In this document: positions 46,814 to 49,646 of the stretch, piece after piece
How the letters are laid out: each line of letters starts with the position of its first letter
Position numbering within the stretch: the stretch's first letter is position 1
IMG/VR virus record: IMGVR_UViG_3300008050_000064
Location: 1 to 49,646 of that record
Length of the DNA stretch: 49,646 nt
DNA from: a virus
Taxonomy: Duplodnaviria > Caudoviricetes
Strand: one strand, 5' to 3'
Position numbers and translations under genes: made by a program
The notes under the pieces: generated by a model
What the model saw: only the letters and a program-made list of their open reading frames with translations
What the model was told of the DNA's origin: nothing
Databases searched by the model: none

Positions 46814-46931
46814 ACCGCCGCAAGGCACAACGAAAGGATAGCACAATGAAATATTTGAAATTATTACTTGAAGCCACAATAGAATTTTTAACGGTGGGGT
46901 TGAGCAGCAGACCACATAACGGCGGTGAAAA

Positions 46932-47249
46932 ATGAAAACAGCAATTTATTCAATTCAATACAGCAATTGCAAAGAACAACCAAAATGCTTTATTCAACAC
47001 AGACCAGCATTAGCCTGTTTTAATCGTGAGGCTAGCCGTCTAAGAAAGGGCGATGTATCTTGGGGTTCTGTTAGGCTGGTTAAATGGGAAGCAACAGGAA
47101 CGCCGCGCAGCGTTGCAAGTGCAATGGTTGAAATTGGTTCAGCGATTTCGGGTGGTATTCCAATTCGACAAATAAACAATCAGGCGATTGTGCAAATGGC
47201 AAAAATAGAATCGTGGATTCTCCAAGAACAGGTAAGTATTTTGGCGTAA
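46932..47249 (+). CDS. hypothetical protein
   Basis: GGCGGTG SD; terminator downstream. Confidence 0.55.
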   Translation: MKTAIYSIQYSNCKEQPKCFIQHRPALACFNREASRLRKGDVSWGSVRLVKWEATGTPRSVASAMVEIGSAISGGIPIRQINNQAIVQMAKIESWILQEQVSILA

Positions 47250-47304
47250 TCTGCTAGAATATAATTGGTATCGGTATACGCGATACTTTAACATATCCCC
47301 CTTG

Positions 47305-47348
47305 ACCCCTGCCGAGTTTTTTCGTTTACTTGGTAGGGGTTCTTTTTT
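47305..47348 (+). terminator. rho-independent terminator
   Basis: ACCCCTGCCGAGT/ACTTGGTAGGGGT stem followed by TCTTTTTT. Confidence 0.75.
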
Positions 47349-47417
47349 GGGGGCATTATATTTTTTTTAATGTGCAATAATAAAATAGCCGAAACGTATA
47401 TTATTGGAGTAATTAAA

Positions 47418-47930
47418 ATGGCAGAAATTAGGGGAATTGATGTAAACGAAATTTCAAACGCTGCGTTGCGCTGGGCAAAACACGCGCAACATCGCCACGG
47501 TTACGGAAAATGGGAACTGGACGAATTGCACAATGAGGCGTTTATTATTACTGCGCACTTGGTTGAATCTGGACGTTACGACCCCACCAAGGCGAAGTTG
47601 ATTACGTTTCTATCTTACGCATTACCTTTTGAAGTTAGGCGAAAATATAGGCGTATGAATGGCGAAAGATTGCTTACAAATAAAGAAGGCAAAAAAGAAT
47701 ACCAGCGCAAAGAATATGTTAGCAGTGATATAATTGAATCGGCGGAAACCAATTATGATGGTACACTACAAACAATTGAACCCAAGCCAAATAGCGAATG
47801 GGCAAGGGCTAGGATTGCAGGGTTTACGGCTAGGGAATTGACAAAACGCGGGCTGAGTTACAAACAACAAAAACAACAGGCGGAGCAATTCAGAAATGAC
47901 CAACGGAAATCAAAAGGGCAAACGCGGTGA
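47418..47930 (+). CDS. sigma-70 region-2-like late regulator
   Basis: ELDELHNEAFI...RYDPTKAKLITFLSY resembles the sigma region 2 D-L-Q-E...YDP...F.TY pattern. Confidence 0.55.
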   Translation: MAEIRGIDVNEISNAALRWAKHAQHRHGYGKWELDELHNEAFIITAHLVESGRYDPTKAKLITFLSYALPFEVRRKYRRMNGERLLTNKEGKKEYQRKEYVSSDIIESAETNYDGTLQTIEPKPNSEWARARIAGFTARELTKRGLSYKQQKQQAEQFRNDQRKSKGQTR

Positions 47931-48237
47931 ACGGTTTGTTGCGCAATGGCTTAGGGATTCTTTTGGATGTAAAGCGCGGCGGGGGAAACAATACTGTGGG
48001 CTAGAAGGAAATGCCGATGTGGTTGGCGGGTTTCCAAACACGCACTGCGAAGTTAAATTTGTGGAATCCCTGAATTTGTACAAGGCAATGCATCAAGCAA
48101 TAAACGAATGTGGGCAGTCAATACCGTATGTTGCACATAAAAAAAATCGGCAAGAACTCTTGATAACAGTACGCGCAAAAGATTTATTAGCATTTTCTTT
48201 GGCAGTGGTCGAGCAAGATGCGATAAACAAACGATGA
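47896..48237 (+). CDS. Holliday junction resolvase-like PD-(D/E)XK nuclease
   Basis: KGKRGER, ARRG.QY.G, ADV, HCEVK, A..QA, VAHKKNR. Confidence 0.8.
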   Translation: MTNGNQKGKRGERFVAQWLRDSFGCKARRGKQYCGLEGNADVVGGFPNTHCEVKFVESLNLYKAMHQAINECGQSIPYVAHKKNRQELLITVRAKDLLAFSLAVVEQDAINKR

Positions 48238-48455
48238 CAAAAGATAATCAAAATGGTTGGGGCGAACATAAGCGCCTCGTTTTACATAGGCTTGGAGCAA
48301 TAGAAAATGATTTACACACAATTGAAAAGCGCTTGGCACGAATGGAAAAACAAATGGCAGTGCAAGCAAGCCAAGCGCGTTTGGTTGCTGGTGCAATCGG
48401 CGCAGTTGCGGGTTTGTTACCTGCTGTTATTACCATTATTGTTAGCAGGTTGTAG
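48234..48455 (+). CDS. coiled-coil protein with C-terminal TM (holin/XhlA-like candidate)
   Basis: Coiled coil then LVAGAIGAVAGLLPAVITIIV. Confidence 0.55.
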   Translation: MTKDNQNGWGEHKRLVLHRLGAIENDLHTIEKRLARMEKQMAVQASQARLVAGAIGAVAGLLPAVITIIVSRL

Positions 48456-48813
48456 CATGTTTGATTTTATGACAACAAACAAGCCCACGTTTGCGGATGA
48501 TATGCAAGAACTTGTTGTGGATACTGCGCAGCACGCAACGCAGGAACTGGCTGTTCTTTCTTGGGTTGGTGGATTGGCAACAATGGCGGGCGTTGTCGCG
48601 CTAGTTATTACGCGCGGTGCAATGGGAATGCGTGCAATCATCATTGGGTGTTTGCTTATTGTGTTAAACTTTGCCATAGCGAATTATCTTTCTTGGATTT
48701 TGGTGCCTGTTCTTGTAGCAACTGGCGCAATTAGTTTATCTTGGTCGTATGTTACGATTAAAGAAATGTTACTTAAAAAAAAGGAATGCGAACATGATGT
48801 TAGCAACGATTAG
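48406..48813 (+). CDS. putative lipoprotein with TM helices (start uncertain)
   Basis: TTG start gives MRVCYLLLLPLLLAGC, a canonical lipobox overlapping the upstream gene; later hydrophobic helices. Confidence 0.55.
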   Translation: MRVCYLLLLPLLLAGCSMFDFMTTNKPTFADDMQELVVDTAQHATQELAVLSWVGGLATMAGVVALVITRGAMGMRAIIIGCLLIVLNFAIANYLSWILVPVLVATGAISLSWSYVTIKEMLLKKKECEHDVSND

Positions 48814-48916
48814 TGATATGTTGGGGAATATGTGGTGGACGGCTCTGGTGGGTGTGGTTTGTTTTGTTGGCGGTGTGTATTTTTCATCAACAATAAAAAG
48901 TAAGATGGGCAGATAA
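48794..48916 (+). CDS. 40-aa membrane peptide, paralog of 4071-4193
   Basis: Hand translation MMLATISDMLGNMWWTALVGVVCFVGGVYFSSTIKSKMGR. Confidence 0.7.
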   Translation: MMLATISDMLGNMWWTALVGVVCFVGGVYFSSTIKSKMGR

Positions 48917-48921
48917 ACCAA

Positions 48922-49209
48922 ATGCCAAATGGCGAACCAGAAAAATACGCTGTTAAGGTTGACCATTTAGGCGCAATAATTCCTGCACCAACAAAAGAAC
49001 TATTGGAAGAGGTAGCGCGTGGGGTTCATTTAGCGGTTGCTGGTTCTGCGATGGTTGATATGCAAGACAAAGACAACCCCCTACCAAATTGGGATACGCT
49101 GCCCGATAACGTTAAGAACTATTGGAGAGAGGGCGCACGATGTTCGTACGCGATTATCGCATTACACGGCGGTGGTTCGGTTGAACAACTGAAGCCAGAT
49201 GCCAAGTAG
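48922..49209 (+). CDS. hypothetical protein, paralog of 4220-4486
   Basis: Shared motifs and synteny. Confidence 0.7.
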   Translation: MPNGEPEKYAVKVDHLGAIIPAPTKELLEEVARGVHLAVAGSAMVDMQDKDNPLPNWDTLPDNVKNYWREGARCSYAIIALHGGGSVEQLKPDAK

Positions 49210-49582
49210 ACCGCGAACATTCTGCATCAACGGTTGCAAAGCACAATCAATATCAGACTCCCGATTGTGTGCAACCTGCGATGCAGTGCGGCAGAAAAAG
49301 ATAGATGCAAGGCGGGCGGTAATTGCGAAGAAACGTACAGCAAGGTTTGGTACATCGCGCGAACAAGGTTACGATTGGCAGTGGGAAAAAGTGTCTAAGC
49401 ACGTAAGGCGAAACGAACCAATTTGCCGAATGTGCAAGAATGCACTAGCCAGTTGCGTTGACCATATCGTGCCGATTAAACAGGGTGGTGAACGTTTAGC
49501 AATTGATAACTTGCAGCCATTATGCCACAAATGCCACGCCGTCAAGACCGCACAGGACGTTAGCCGATACAAAGTGGTATGA
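49199..49582 (+). CDS. HNH endonuclease (HK97 gp74-like packaging-associated type)
   Basis: GYDWQW, EPICRMC, VDHIVP, NLQPLCHKCH..KT. Confidence 0.9.
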   Translation: MPSRPRTFCINGCKAQSISDSRLCATCDAVRQKKIDARRAVIAKKRTARFGTSREQGYDWQWEKVSKHVRRNEPICRMCKNALASCVDHIVPIKQGGERLAIDNLQPLCHKCHAVKTAQDVSRYKVV

Positions 49583-49646
49583 TACGGATAACGCGCACGA
49601 ATGCAGGGGGGGCGGTTCTAATCGCTACAGGGCTGCGCTACCGTAT

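Noticed and set aside
49583-49646. cos site after the HNH gene
   Set aside because: The G-run and position are suggestive, but the window ends before any terminase gene, so no site can be defined.

Overview
Tailed-phage (Caudoviricetes) DNA throughout; I saw no host housekeeping genes, rRNA, tRNA or CRISPR array. The window looks like two related phage segments joined at about 37.3-38.4 kb. Segment A (1 to ~37.3 kb) carries recombination and nuclease genes, a membrane-protein cluster, TerS/TerL, and a Mu-like head module (gp29-like portal, gpF-like MuF, protease/scaffold, capsid, gp36- and gpG-like proteins). It continues with a non-contractile-looking tail module containing a lambda-type GGGAAAG -1 frameshift, Cys-rich distal proteins, and a divergent Sak/SSB/Rep region. 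Segment B (~37.5-49.6 kb) is a second early region (Sak4, SSB, IbrB/IbrA-like pair, Rep with iterons, RecE-like nuclease, sigma-like factor, resolvase, membrane cluster, HNH). It paralogously repeats A genes and shows the opposite 4-mer avoidance. Most notable: (1) an effector array between portal and protease, where five copies of a C-x15-C peptide tag head ArdA, zincin, two ADP-ribosyltransferase-like and ParB-like modules, ending in MuF; (2) an rRNA-operon-like island (tandem promoters, hairpin, boxA) in which two small ORFs are each enclosed by their own 18-25 bp complementary stem. All product calls come from motif recognition by eye, without database searches.
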